IMG/VR virus record: IMGVR_UViG_3300045988_119023
Span: 32,471-96,470 of that record
Length of the DNA: 64,000 bases
From: a virus
Reading direction: 5' to 3' (one strand)
The translations under genes were made by a program, and so were the position numbers. Every line of letters begins with the position of its first letter. Positions within the stretch are counted from its first letter, which is position 1. The notes beneath the pieces were generated by a model, which was given only the letters and a program-made list of their open reading frames with translations, was not told the DNA's origin and did no database searches. Shown one piece after another: positions 8,518 through 20,300 of the stretch.

Positions 8518-11334
8518 GTGAAAAAAGATAGTATGAGATTACGAATCATAAAAAATCGTCCGGTATTCGCTCCTGGTGGCAGTGTTCAGGATGTTACACA
8601 ACAGGCTGATACGACATCTAATCCATATATTGATATGGACATGTCTAATGTTCCTGGTATGAGTGAGATAAATTCGGAAATAGATACGATGGAGGCAGGA
8701 TTTGACAATATTATAGGTCCTGACTATTCTACTATAAAAATGCAAGAACCTTCTATTCCGACTATGAATGTAAGTAATAACAATACGTTCGATCCTAAGT
8801 CTATGCCTAAAGGAACTATTGTTAGTGTTGATAAAGAAGAAAATCAATCAAATGAAAAGCGATCACAAGATGGGAATCCTCTGGATCCTATGACTGCTCC
8901 TTATTATTCTCCTGATCTTGGTGGTCGAGCTCAAATGTTCGGTACAAGCCTTGGCCGTATAAGAGCCGGTAATAAGGTCGGTGCTAATGTAGCACAGGCT
9001 GCTTTTTCTGGATTGAGTCTTGGCATGGGTCTTGCTCGTAATATCATGGGAGCTTCATCTGCTGCGTATGCAGCCAGCAGAGACGAGCAGGCAGCGAGGG
9101 AAAAACTTGCCAAGGAGCGTCGTCAGCAATTCATCAAGTGGGAACGTGAAGGTGGTGGTGTGAATTTAGGTAACGGTCAGAAGATGGATACGTCTGATAT
9201 GACCGGCGAATATATTTATCCTCTTCCCAAGTCTATGGAAGATGCTGCGAATGTAGAGATAGAGAAAGGCGAGTACGTGCTGACTCCTGACTCCGTAGGG
9301 CCTATGGAAGCCAAAGGAAACAGACATGAAAATGGTGGCACTCCGGTTGATTTGCCAGAGGCTTATATTGTTTCCGATTATCGTAAGATAGATGACGAGT
9401 TTGCCTCTTACGTTAGAGAAAATTATGGTATTAAGGCAACGTCAAAAGATACGTATGCTACACTCCTTGATCGATATAAGAAGAAGATTGGTTTGTCTGA
9501 TAAGTACGAAGATCAGGAGCGTGTATATAAGAGATTAGAGAAAAATGAAGATGTAAAAGACAAAAACACATCTAATCTTAATGCTTCTATTCTTTCCAAG
9601 TACGTCAATGAAAACCAGAAAGAGATAGACGAGCTTGAAGCACAATTTCGTTCTTTCGCTGAAATCGTTTATGGCAAACAGGAAGAATCTAAGCGTAACG
9701 AGAAGATGGATGCTTTTTTCAGGGATGGCGGGGTTGTTGATCTGAATCAGGTAAAGAAACAAGCTAAGGCTTTTAATATTGCAGAATCAGATGCTAAGAA
9801 CTGGATATATGACGAGTATGTTAAGCAAACCAGAAAAATGGCTGAAGGTGGACCTACTCAGAAGGAGCTGGAGGAACTTAGAAAGAATGCTATCGGCTAC
9901 AATAAGCTTATCAATCAGTTATTTGGACGAACTCTTAATATGACTGTATCTGATGTTAGTGGTCGTGAGCAGATTCTTAATCCTGATTCCAGTGTCAATG
10001 CCAACCAGAATCTCCAACATAGAAGCAATTTAGGATACGGCAGGGTAAATGATAAGGCGGTGTCTAATTTGCTCGACATAAACCGATGGGCTAACAAGTA
10101 CAATACGGATGGTGATTTTGATACAGAAGGTTTCCAGAAAGGATACAACAGGCAATTAAATGCATTGTGGGCGTTAGCTGATGTAGGCGCTATTACGAAT
10201 GCTGATGCAGCCAAGAAATTCAGAGATGAATACGGATTCTGGGGCCAGGACGCCGGAAGCTACGGAAGGAATCAGGCTTATAATTCATTTGCCGTAGATG
10301 ATAAGTTTGGTCAGACAACAGCTACTCGTTCTTATTATGGGTTGGACGTTGTTTCGGCAGAGCAAAAAAGATTGTTAAACGAAAAAGGGATAAAGAATTA
10401 TGTTGACTTATTTGGTGATAAATCTGATGCCGCTAAGAAGATTCTGGGCTCCGATTATAATAAGTTTGTTGCTTTAAGAGATAGTGGGTTAATGCCGGAA
10501 ATAGACTTCGTTCTTGAGTCTGTTAAACCAGAAATGAAGCCTATTGAGGCCGGTCCCATAGCACCAGGCCTTACACCGCCTAAGATTGGATCTCCTGGAA
10601 GGGTAGAGGTAAAACCGAAAGCAAGTACGCCTACGACTGCAACCGACACCGATACAGAGGAGGTGGTTGAAGACAACGGACCTAAAGGGCAGGGCAGACC
10701 GGCGGCGTTCGGTCCTATCTTCCCGGAGATGCTGAGAACGCTCGATACAGGCTTGGAGATAGAAGGTCTGGAAAGACATCAGGCTCCGAGAATAGACCCG
10801 GTTCTGCAATCTGCTGATCAGTATATCAACGAGCTCAATCGTGCGACATCGGCTCAGTTGGACGCAGTAGGTGACGTGCCCGACTCCCAGCGCTCCGCTA
10901 TTTTGGCTAATATGAACGCCATAGCCGGAAGCAATATAGCCAAGTACATTAACGAAGTAAATTTCAATAACGCAAGGCAAATAAACGAAGCTGATAGATT
11001 CAATGAAATGGCTTATGTTCAGACAGACGATAAGAACATAGCGGAAAGGCAACGTTATGAATCTGGATTATTGAAGGCTATGGCTATAAGGGATGAAAAT
11101 CTTGCTCGTTATTATGATAGCATAAACAGCGAAATACAGAATAAGTTCAATGTTCGTACATCGTTGAATACCATAGCTTCCATAGCTCCGAATATGAGAA
11201 TGCTTCCAAGTGGCCAAATTATTTACGTTCAAGGTAATCAGGATGTGATGAATATGGGTGATTATTCTACACCTTACTTGAGAAGTTTAAATGAAGAAGA
11301 TGACGAAAATAAAAGAAGAAGGAGGACCAAATAG
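8518..11334 (+). CDS. Large virion protein (938 aa), function unknown (cargo or ejection protein candidate).
   Basis: Long ORF. A TAtcTTTG -7-like element lies at 8509-8516. The stop overlaps the start of the next giant gene. Confidence 0.5.
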   Translation: MKKDSMRLRIIKNRPVFAPGGSVQDVTQQADTTSNPYIDMDMSNVPGMSEINSEIDTMEAGFDNIIGPDYSTIKMQEPSIPTMNVSNNNTFDPKSMPKGTIVSVDKEENQSNEKRSQDGNPLDPMTAPYYSPDLGGRAQMFGTSLGRIRAGNKVGANVAQAAFSGLSLGMGLARNIMGASSAAYAASRDEQAAREKLAKERRQQFIKWEREGGGVNLGNGQKMDTSDMTGEYIYPLPKSMEDAANVEIEKGEYVLTPDSVGPMEAKGNRHENGGTPVDLPEAYIVSDYRKIDDEFASYVRENYGIKATSKDTYATLLDRYKKKIGLSDKYEDQERVYKRLEKNEDVKDKNTSNLNASILSKYVNENQKEIDELEAQFRSFAEIVYGKQEESKRNEKMDAFFRDGGVVDLNQVKKQAKAFNIAESDAKNWIYDEYVKQTRKMAEGGPTQKELEELRKNAIGYNKLINQLFGRTLNMTVSDVSGREQILNPDSSVNANQNLQHRSNLGYGRVNDKAVSNLLDINRWANKYNTDGDFDTEGFQKGYNRQLNALWALADVGAITNADAAKKFRDEYGFWGQDAGSYGRNQAYNSFAVDDKFGQTTATRSYYGLDVVSAEQKRLLNEKGIKNYVDLFGDKSDAAKKILGSDYNKFVALRDSGLMPEIDFVLESVKPEMKPIEAGPIAPGLTPPKIGSPGRVEVKPKASTPTTATDTDTEEVVEDNGPKGQGRPAAFGPIFPEMLRTLDTGLEIEGLERHQAPRIDPVLQSADQYINELNRATSAQLDAVGDVPDSQRSAILANMNAIAGSNIAKYINEVNFNNARQINEADRFNEMAYVQTDDKNIAERQRYESGLLKAMAIRDENLARYYDSINSEIQNKFNVRTSLNTIASIAPNMRMLPSGQIIYVQGNQDVMNMGDYSTPYLRSLNEEDDENKRRRRTK

Positions 11335-14300
11335 TGGCTTCACAGTATAGTATTTTAAGGCAATATGCCCCGTATGTTAGTCCTTACAACATAGATCTTG
11401 TTAAGGACGTCATGATGTACAAACAGCAGAAGGTTGATGCTGCTCGTGAAAAGATCTATACCCAGGTAGATTATCTTATGGGTCAAGAGATAGATAAGCC
11501 TGAAGCCCGCGCTTATATGGAAGATAAGATGTCAGGTGTGATTGCTAACATCAATCAAAAATTCAAAGGCGTGGATCTTTCTTCTGATGGTGTTACGAGA
11601 GCTATACAAGGAGAGATCAGTTCGGTGTTAGATGATACGGTCATTAATGCTATTGCCGGTACAAAAGAAGGCAAGAGGGTTATGAAGGAAATAGAATCTA
11701 TAAAACAGAATCATCCTGAACTTTATTCTCCTATTAATGAATGGCATGCTTTGGATCCTTATTACAAATGGAGGTCAGATGGTAAGGCGGGATCAAGGTT
11801 GGGAGGTCTTCATTATTCTCCTTATGTCGATTATACTAAGGAGATAAATAAGCTGGTTAGTGACTTTAGGAAAAACAACGAAGGCAAGAAGATTCAGACA
11901 ACAGAATATGATGTTAAAGGTAATCCTACTGGTGGAATCATAGAAGTCAACGTAGATGAGCTTACTGATTCCCAGATAAGGAATTTTGTGTCTGCTAACT
12001 TATCTGAAAACATGAGGAATCAGATGAGAATAGAAGCATCATACATGGCAGCCACCAATCCAGTGTTCAGTAATCCGGATTTGGTTAGTCAATATATTGG
12101 GTCTTATGTCGAAAGATACGATAGGCACATAGGAGCATTGGAAGCAAAAAAGAAATCAGTAGGGGATAATAAGGATATTATTGATCGTATTGACAGCCAG
12201 ATACAGGAAGCTAAAAATCAGAAAGCAGAAGCCAAGAGGGAGGCAGATATGATAATAGCTTCATCAGATCCGGTAGCGGCTGCTAATTTTGTTGTTACCA
12301 ATAATCTTTTCGATAAGATGACTGATGCATGGAGATACGACAATACAAGTTTTGAAAGGAAGAAAGACGATCTTTATTTTGCAAGGTTGGCAGAGGATAG
12401 GGCTCAGCAAAAGTTTTTGACTGATAATGCCAAGTCTATGGTTGAAATATCATTGGCGAATGAGCAGCTTGCTCAGGCTAAGATTGAAACCGAATACATG
12501 CGTACTTACGGTTCCAAGATGGGCACTGAAAGCTCATCCGGAGGCACAAGAGGAGCAGGCGGTGTAGGAGTGCCGATGGCTCCTATGGACGGGCCTACGG
12601 CTATCAATTCTGGAACGGGTAAGATAGGATCTGTTAATTTGGCTAATATCCCTTATGAACAACTCACATCTTCTTCCACAGAGCGTAGAGCAAATTTATT
12701 GAAATTATATAATTCATTATCTCCTACAGACAGAAGCAATATCGTTGCAGCATCATACGAAGAAGAAAAAACTGACCCAGGATTGTATGCTAATATGACT
12801 CCTGAAGAACGGATATATTCTTATTTAAAAAATAATGGAGGTCAGAAAAACGGATATTTCGGACAAGGAAATAACAGATTGTCTGAAGCTTATGATGCTT
12901 TACTTCTTTCTGATTCTAAGGCAAATGGAGCTGCAAAGGCTATAAATAACATAACTGATTATCAAATAGATAATATAGTTACTAAAAAAAATAAGGATAT
13001 TATCAGGAAAGTTCGTAATGCTAAGTTTATGAAAGGAAATTCTTTTATGAATCTTACCAATACAGATGATAAGGCTGGAGCCTTCCTGCTCGCCACAGCC
13101 ATAACAACTGGTGTATCTGATGCCGTAGGGTTCAGAGAATACATGATGGATCCTTCAAGAGGAATAGATATTCTTAGTGCTATATCTCCGTCATTAGGAG
13201 CTAAGGCGAGTGCCGGCAAGTTGGGGAAAAACATATCTGATGCTATTACAAGCGAGGATAATGGTTCTTCTACTGGTACGTTGGCTCTTATTAATGGAAT
13301 GAAGAAACTGAATGGCGATCCTGATTTTAATATATCTGATTATATGACCATAGATAAGGACGGTGATATAGATCTAAAAGATTATCAGGAAGGGGAGCCA
13401 TTGACTATTACCCAGCTAAGATATGCTGAGAAAAATAGTAGGGTATCTGATATGATAGCGGGTCAGATGCAGGATGAGATAAAAATGTCTGTATCTCCTG
13501 ATCAGATTTCTGATAAGTTATCTCAGTATCATTACCTTGATTCTTACAAAAGATACAATTGGAATGCCGATTCACCGGAAAAGTCTTTACAGAAGGCTCA
13601 GTTTAGAAGATTGTCTGGTTACATGGCAGGAAAGGTAAACAATCTGGATCCTACTGCTATTAATGCCATTAATATGGATGCCGAGATAGATAATGGCACC
13701 GTTAGAAGATTCTTGACTGCTCAAGTAGGTTCCGGTGAAAATTCTTATGTTACAGAAAGGGTTGAGATTACGAATGACGAGCTTCTTAAGGCGGGTATAG
13801 ATCCTTCGGTCGAGGAGCGCAATTATCCGGTAGATGGCTACAAATCAAGTTTTGAAACCTGTGATTTTGTAGATACCGGAAAGAAGGAAGGTTATTCTTA
13901 TGATAAGTATCTTATACGTAATGGCCTTCCTCGTTTGGCTTCTAAGGCTGATGTTAAGAATGATCTTTATGATATAGTAAAGGTTCATGGTTCTTACCTT
14001 AAGCCAGAAGAAATGAATGTTGTTAAAGCCCTTGTTGATAATTTTATTGACATGTCTGATAATATATCAGTTCAGTTGGAGGGAATGGACGATAGGGGTT
14101 CAAGAGAGGTAGCGGTCAATTTCTATGACAAAAGGACTAAAAATTCTAAAAATCCTGCATTGTTGTTCTCGGATTTTGTTCCTTTGGATCCAGGTAATGA
14201 TGAGTATGCGGATTACTGGAATAGCATTCACCAGAAGTGTCCTCAGTACTTCTTTGTAAAATACGTGAAGGAGGCTGTTCAAGAACGTCTTGATCAGATG

Positions 14301-14393
14301 AGGGATCCGTATATGAGAGGAATAAATATCACGCCCAACATGAATGACAAGTTTAGTAAGTTGAACGATTTTTTGCAGAAAATTTATGGCTGA
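11334..14393 (+). CDS. Large virion protein (1019 aa) carrying a DxDGD motif. It is a candidate catalytic subunit or domain of a crAss-like virion RNA polymerase.
   Basis: TIDKDGDIDL at nt 13353-13367 matches the DxDGD metal-binding signature of double-psi beta-barrel RNAPs. The GTG start overlaps the upstream stop (taGtg). Confidence 0.4.
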   Translation: MASQYSILRQYAPYVSPYNIDLVKDVMMYKQQKVDAAREKIYTQVDYLMGQEIDKPEARAYMEDKMSGVIANINQKFKGVDLSSDGVTRAIQGEISSVLDDTVINAIAGTKEGKRVMKEIESIKQNHPELYSPINEWHALDPYYKWRSDGKAGSRLGGLHYSPYVDYTKEINKLVSDFRKNNEGKKIQTTEYDVKGNPTGGIIEVNVDELTDSQIRNFVSANLSENMRNQMRIEASYMAATNPVFSNPDLVSQYIGSYVERYDRHIGALEAKKKSVGDNKDIIDRIDSQIQEAKNQKAEAKREADMIIASSDPVAAANFVVTNNLFDKMTDAWRYDNTSFERKKDDLYFARLAEDRAQQKFLTDNAKSMVEISLANEQLAQAKIETEYMRTYGSKMGTESSSGGTRGAGGVGVPMAPMDGPTAINSGTGKIGSVNLANIPYEQLTSSSTERRANLLKLYNSLSPTDRSNIVAASYEEEKTDPGLYANMTPEERIYSYLKNNGGQKNGYFGQGNNRLSEAYDALLLSDSKANGAAKAINNITDYQIDNIVTKKNKDIIRKVRNAKFMKGNSFMNLTNTDDKAGAFLLATAITTGVSDAVGFREYMMDPSRGIDILSAISPSLGAKASAGKLGKNISDAITSEDNGSSTGTLALINGMKKLNGDPDFNISDYMTIDKDGDIDLKDYQEGEPLTITQLRYAEKNSRVSDMIAGQMQDEIKMSVSPDQISDKLSQYHYLDSYKRYNWNADSPEKSLQKAQFRRLSGYMAGKVNNLDPTAINAINMDAEIDNGTVRRFLTAQVGSGENSYVTERVEITNDELLKAGIDPSVEERNYPVDGYKSSFETCDFVDTGKKEGYSYDKYLIRNGLPRLASKADVKNDLYDIVKVHGSYLKPEEMNVVKALVDNFIDMSDNISVQLEGMDDRGSREVAVNFYDKRTKNSKNPALLFSDFVPLDPGNDEYADYWNSIHQKCPQYFFVKYVKEAVQERLDQMRDPYMRGINITPNMNDKFSKLNDFLQKIYG

Positions 14394-17300
14394 CAATAAT
14401 ATAGATAGATATAATCCTGCTGCTAAAACCACTTACGAAGATGTGGCAAGGCAAAGGAAATTAGCCGAAGAAGAGAATTACACTCCGGCTACATTACCAG
14501 AGACGACAACGCCTCTGGTTCCTAATTATATGCCTGGTGAAGGTGTGTATGCCCAACCTAAATTTCCAGATTACGCATCAAGGATAGCTGCTGCCGAATA
14601 CGAAGAGCCGTATATAGCCAAGGAGATAAGCAACAGCTACTCGGAGGCACTGGCTCGTAACAGCTACAGGGGGGCTACACCTGCCCCGCCGCCCCTTAAT
14701 CCCTATGGACCGAAGGTAAGTATCCGTGAAAGTCATCAGATGGGTAATGATGGGGTATGGCGTACAAAATATCCCAACTATATTCCGGGTATAAATAATG
14801 AGGATTATTATGCCAGGAGACAGAGCGGATGGAGTAAGTTTTGGAATGGTGTAGGCAAATTCGCTTTAAAGTCCGCATTGTACGGCGCACAAGGAGTTGT
14901 GTCACTGCCTGACAAACTTATCAATATGGCATCTGAGGGAAGTTACAAAGCTGCGTTAAATACTAACATGGATAAGTTTGTAGGTGATCTTGACCAGCAA
15001 ATAGACATGCTTCTTCCTCATTATTACAAGAAAGAGGTAGAAGATTATAATTTCGGCCAGAAGCTTTTTAATGATACCGGTAATTTCTTATGGAATGATG
15101 TCCTTGGTAATGGTATGTCTTTTACCGTAGGAGCTATGATATCAGCGTACATGACCGGAGGACTTGGAGTTGGATCATTGGGCAATATAGGTGCTAAATT
15201 AGGAGGAAGAATCGGAGCTAAGTTGGCAGCAAGGCAAGCTGCCAATAGGGGCATAGGAAGCCTTAAAAGCGTGTTTAACGACTATGTAAGAAAAGGAGTT
15301 GCCACCGGAAGAAATGTAGGGGAGGCGGCTAAGACCATGACGTTGCTGGCTACCAGTGCCGGATTCGAGTCATCGGTTGAAGCAAATTCTTTTATGAAGC
15401 AATCCGAGTCTGATTTCAAGGATTATTATCGTAAGATTTATGGTCGTGATCCCAATGCAGAGGAAATGGCTGTTTTTCGTAATTCTAATGCTGATGTAGG
15501 TAGTGCTATATTTGCCGCCAATATGGGTATAGTAGGATTATCCAACTGGCTTCTTTTTGGTAAGTATATAGGGTTAGGAGGCAAGGCTATACCTGGTTTG
15601 GAAAAGAAGCTCAACAAGCATTTATTTGGATTAGGGACGGAAGTTGCGAAGCCGGGAGAGATGGCTATTAAAATAACCAATCCCAATATAGGACAGAAGA
15701 TAGCAGGCAATGTTTTCAATATCATGAAAAGACCGGTATCTGAAGGCTTATGGGAAGAAGGATCTCAAGGTGCTGTTCAGAATACGGCTGAGGAATATGT
15801 TAAGTCAAGATATGATAATGTCGCCATGAACGGAGCCGTTGATGTTCTTGATGCTATTTCTGAAGGATTTAAAAAGCAATATACGTCTAAAGAAGGATGG
15901 ACTGAAATAGGAATCGGTGCTATTATCGGTTCTTTGTTTGGTATGAGAGAAGGCTTCTTTGGGGTGAAAGAGTATAGTAATAGTCAGATCTTGCTGGAAA
16001 GGCAAGTGAATGAATATAACAAAGCATCTTCTAATCTTAACACGGCGGCTTTGAATACGTTGAAAAAGTCAATGAGTTTAGGGCCTCAAGTTCGTTCCGA
16101 TGCTCAGTCTATGACCGGCAAGGAGCTTGATGATGCAATGTTTGAAAAGATGTCGATTGACAACCAAATGGGAACCTTAGAGGATTCGGCTGAAAATTTC
16201 AGGCAGATGGTTGATATGATGCCTATTTCGGAAATAGCCGAAGCCAACGGAATGTCTTTGGAAGAGGCAAAGAAATACAAGGATTCTATTATTGATAATT
16301 ATAATAATCGTCTTTCGGATTTCAGATCTGCCCAGAGTTTTGCCGAAGATCTTATAGGTGATGACTCTAAGATTGAATTTAGAAAATACGTGGCTCGTAA
16401 TGCCTTCCTTGGTCTTCAATCAGAATCAAGAATGAAAGACATAGCTTCTGTCATAGAAACGCTTTCAGGACAGCCTCGCGTGGCAGATGCGCTAAGTACG
16501 TTCTCCCGGCTGTCGGACAGAGCAAGGGAGCGGGCGATGGCTATCCGTGGCATACGGTCAAGGATAGAAGAACTTGAATCCGAAATAGAAGATCTTGCTA
16601 CCCGCCCTCGTAACGTAGAAGGGAAAGATCCACAAGCTGAATCCATACAACGAAAAACCAAAGAATTGGAAAGCCTTAGAACCAATTATAATAATTCGTT
16701 GTATGAGTTATCAACGTTAATAGGAAAAGAGTTTTCGATAGAAGAGCTGGTAAGTAAAACCGAATCTGTTTTATCTTCTCCTCTTTCTCCCATAAGTTCA
16801 CAAGATGTGATAGAAGCCTATGATACGCTTGTGGCTTTTGATGATTATTTTAATGTAAAATCAAGACAGGAAAAGAAGTTTACAGCCAAAGACAAAGCCA
16901 TGAGATCCTTGGTAAATGAATACCGAAGGAGTTTGGTGGACTATAGGAATATGAATAACTTCTTGTCTAAGATGCTTGATAAAAGATTCTTAGCTGAGGA
17001 AAACAGGGGATTTTCAAAAGCGCTGTCTTCTCTATGGTCTACTCCTTATAAAGGGGATGACAAGGTTCCTGATTTTGCAGAGCCTAATAAAGTTGGTGAA
17101 TATGACACTGATGAGATAGTAGATCAAGCTGTGTCAGAAGGTAAGATTTCGGAAGACGAAGCTTGGACTATCAAGGCTTTTATGCATGCTCTTGATAAAG
17201 TAAGGGAAGATAGGATGAAGGAAGCAGAAGACGATATAAAAGAGTCACCGCTTACGGAGTCTGTATCGGATGAAGATTATGAGGCTGCTATGGACAATCC

Positions 17301-20300
17301 TATTATGGTTCCGGCCGTAAGGCAGTCTATAATTGATAAACTATATACAGGTAATGCCGATCTTCTTACTGCGAGAGAAAAAGATGTGTATGATAAATAT
17401 AAACAAGATTTTGATGATTATGTATCGTCTTTGGGTGACAGTCCTGTTAATCTCATAAAATCATTATCTGAAAGGGCTGATAGGCTTACAAGTCCAAGAT
17501 CTGTGTATGAGGAAAACAAGACCGTTATTGATATGGCTAAATCAAATTTGGAACCAGATCAAAGGCAGGAACTTGATGATGCTATTTCTTCGTATGTGGA
17601 TATAATGAACAGACGGGACAAAGGGGAGAAAGTTGACGAAGATAAGCTTGCCGATTCGGTATTTACCATAGAAGATCTTGGCCAGGTTGGAAACATCACA
17701 GATCTTCTTCCTTATATCGAACAAAACAGGATTATTGATAAAGGTCGTATCTCTGAATCTACGTTGAGTAATTTTGGGGAGGATGATACCAATATAGATT
17801 CTCTTGTAAATGAGTTAGATGAATCCGATAATACGCCTGGAGCTAACATAGATAGTGCCCAAAATCCAGAGACGTTGATGGTTAGAAGAATATCCAACGA
17901 TGGCAACGAAAGGTATGAAATTGCGGGTCTTAGAGCCGATAAATTTATATCTTCTATAAAATCATTGGTTCCTATTCAAATAAGCTCTGAAACGAACGCT
18001 AATGGTACTAAAAGGTATTCTCTTAACATAGGTGGAGAAACGGCTACTATAATTGAACTGCCTTATCATGCGAGATGGTCTATAGACAAAGAATCGGCTC
18101 GTGTTCTTAACCGTTACACAGATGTGTCTATTCAGGACGTGGGTAATTCCTATTCTTTGGTTTATAAGCGTCTTGATTCAGATGAGTTGGTTCCGTACAG
18201 AACAGGTGTCGGATTCGGAGAGAATGAGGTAGATAAAATAGATCAGGAAGCATTATCTTCTTTGAAAAAAGGAGATAAGGTTAATCTCGAAATAGATGTA
18301 AATGATACTTATAATCAGTCTCTTTTTGCCGAATACAATGATGCTGTTCAGTCCGGCGATAAAAAAAGAATAGAATCTGCTGAGAATAAACTGGTGTCCA
18401 ATATGGTTATCAAGGTCATGAGTGGGAACAGATTCGTTTCTGTTGTAAAAGCTGATACAGGAGGCATAGATGGTATAAGTAAAATAAGAAGAACGGCTTT
18501 TAACAAGTGGAAGAAGGACGCCGGCCGGTCGGCTACCATCGGCGTCGGCACGCATGTTGTTGCCCAGACCCTTCCCGGAAGACCGGTGTTTAACATGAAG
18601 GTGAACGGTCAAGGATATGGCCAGGTAGAAAATCTCCCCATTACCGAAAAAGGTGCTGAAAAAGTATCTGATGTCGGATATGTATTAAATGGTAAAGTCG
18701 TGCTTAAGAACGGATCTAAATACACAGGCTTCCCATTTGCTTATTCTATATTAAATGACAAGGGGAATAATTACAAAAATGTAAGAGTTCCGGTAGTTGT
18801 CATCAAAGGTAAAAACGGTCTTAACTATCTTTTCCCGGTTAGCCTACGTTCTGTAGAATCAGAGGAAGGGCAGAAATGGATGTCTTTTATAGATATGTTG
18901 CTTGAATCTGGTGATTCTGAATTGCTACAGATAGGTCAAGATGACATACAAGATCTCAATGCGTATCTAACCAAGTTAGGCCTTGATCCGGCTTCATATC
19001 AGGTATCGTATTTGAATCCTATTTCAGGGCTTAGGAAAGCTCGTGAGGCTATAGAAAAATTATCTATGGTTCCTGATGTTGTTAAGTGGGTAGAAGATGG
19101 AAGTAGGAGTGTGAAAGATATTGTGACGTCTGAAGTAGAATCTGGAATAGATTTCGAAGGTGAGATGTTTGTTGCTCCTAAGATCAGGATTCAGTTTGGT
19201 AAATCATCTTCCAGACCCAAATCACTTATAGAGGATGAACTTCCTTTCTCCGATGAGGGTAAGACCGTTACTTCCAAGGAAGATGTGGATATTTACGAAG
19301 AGGAAATGCCAGAGGAAGACCCTGTCCGGGGGACTCGGCCGGCGCCACCAGCTCAGCCGGCTCCTGCGGCACAAGCTGCGCAGTCTTTATCTGGCAAGAA
19401 GCGTACCTCCAGGAAAAACTTCTCTCTTATGTTAAACGAAATAGAATCTCATATAGAAAAAGAAGGATTGCCGCCTTATGCTAATATTTTTGATTTTATA
19501 GCAAGGAAGATTGTAGGAGGCGATTTGAGGTTTCTTCGTGAGAGAGGTAATCCAAAAAGTCTTAAGGAGGAAATGGGATTAGAACCTAAAGGAACAGTAG
19601 GTGATAAAATATCCACTCCTTCTAAAAAGGGAGGTAAGACCTTAGAAGAATATGTTTCTTGGCTTCGTTCTCAAACGGATCAGGTAGTAGCGGATTATGT
19701 TGGTCCAAGATCTGACGAACAAATTATATCAGAGTTGAAAAACTTTTTGAAATATATTAATTTTGTTCCAAGCAAGGCTTTGAATTATTCTCTTAGAGTC
19801 AATGGCATGGATACCCTAAAAGAATATGGCACAAAAGAGGAAGTAGAAAAAATGGAATCTGACATCAATAGTTTGGTTTCTGAAGTTTTGCCTACGGTAG
19901 ATAATCAAACTGTAGAAGATGTTTCTACTGCAATAGAATCAAATAACTTGCCTGCCATATGGGAGCCTATGGAAAGTCTTGATATGACAAACGAGGAAAA
20001 AATAGAGTTTTTGAATAACGTAGCAGATTTCCTTAGTGGCATTCCAGAGTATGATGCTGTTGTGGAGTCTATAGAGTCAGAATCGGATAATATTTTAAAT
20101 GATGGAAAAGAAGGAAGTGCAGAAGGCGGTGCAGTACGCACTGAGGAAGATGGCGATAAAAAGGGAGATGGAGAAAGCAAAGGACAATCCAGAACAAATG
20201 TCGAAGTTAAAGGAAATGTCGAATTACCTGGATCTAAAGAAGGAAGAGTAGATAACTATAAGAAGAACGGAGATAAGTTCTCTGATATTGCCGAAGTTAC

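Noticed and set aside
13353-13367. EF-hand calcium-binding interpretation of DKDGDIDLKDYQE.
   Set aside because: The canonical EF-hand loop needs Gly at position 6 and Glu at position 12, and the spacing here (DKDGD then I) does not fit. A DxDGD metal site is the better match, but is unproven.
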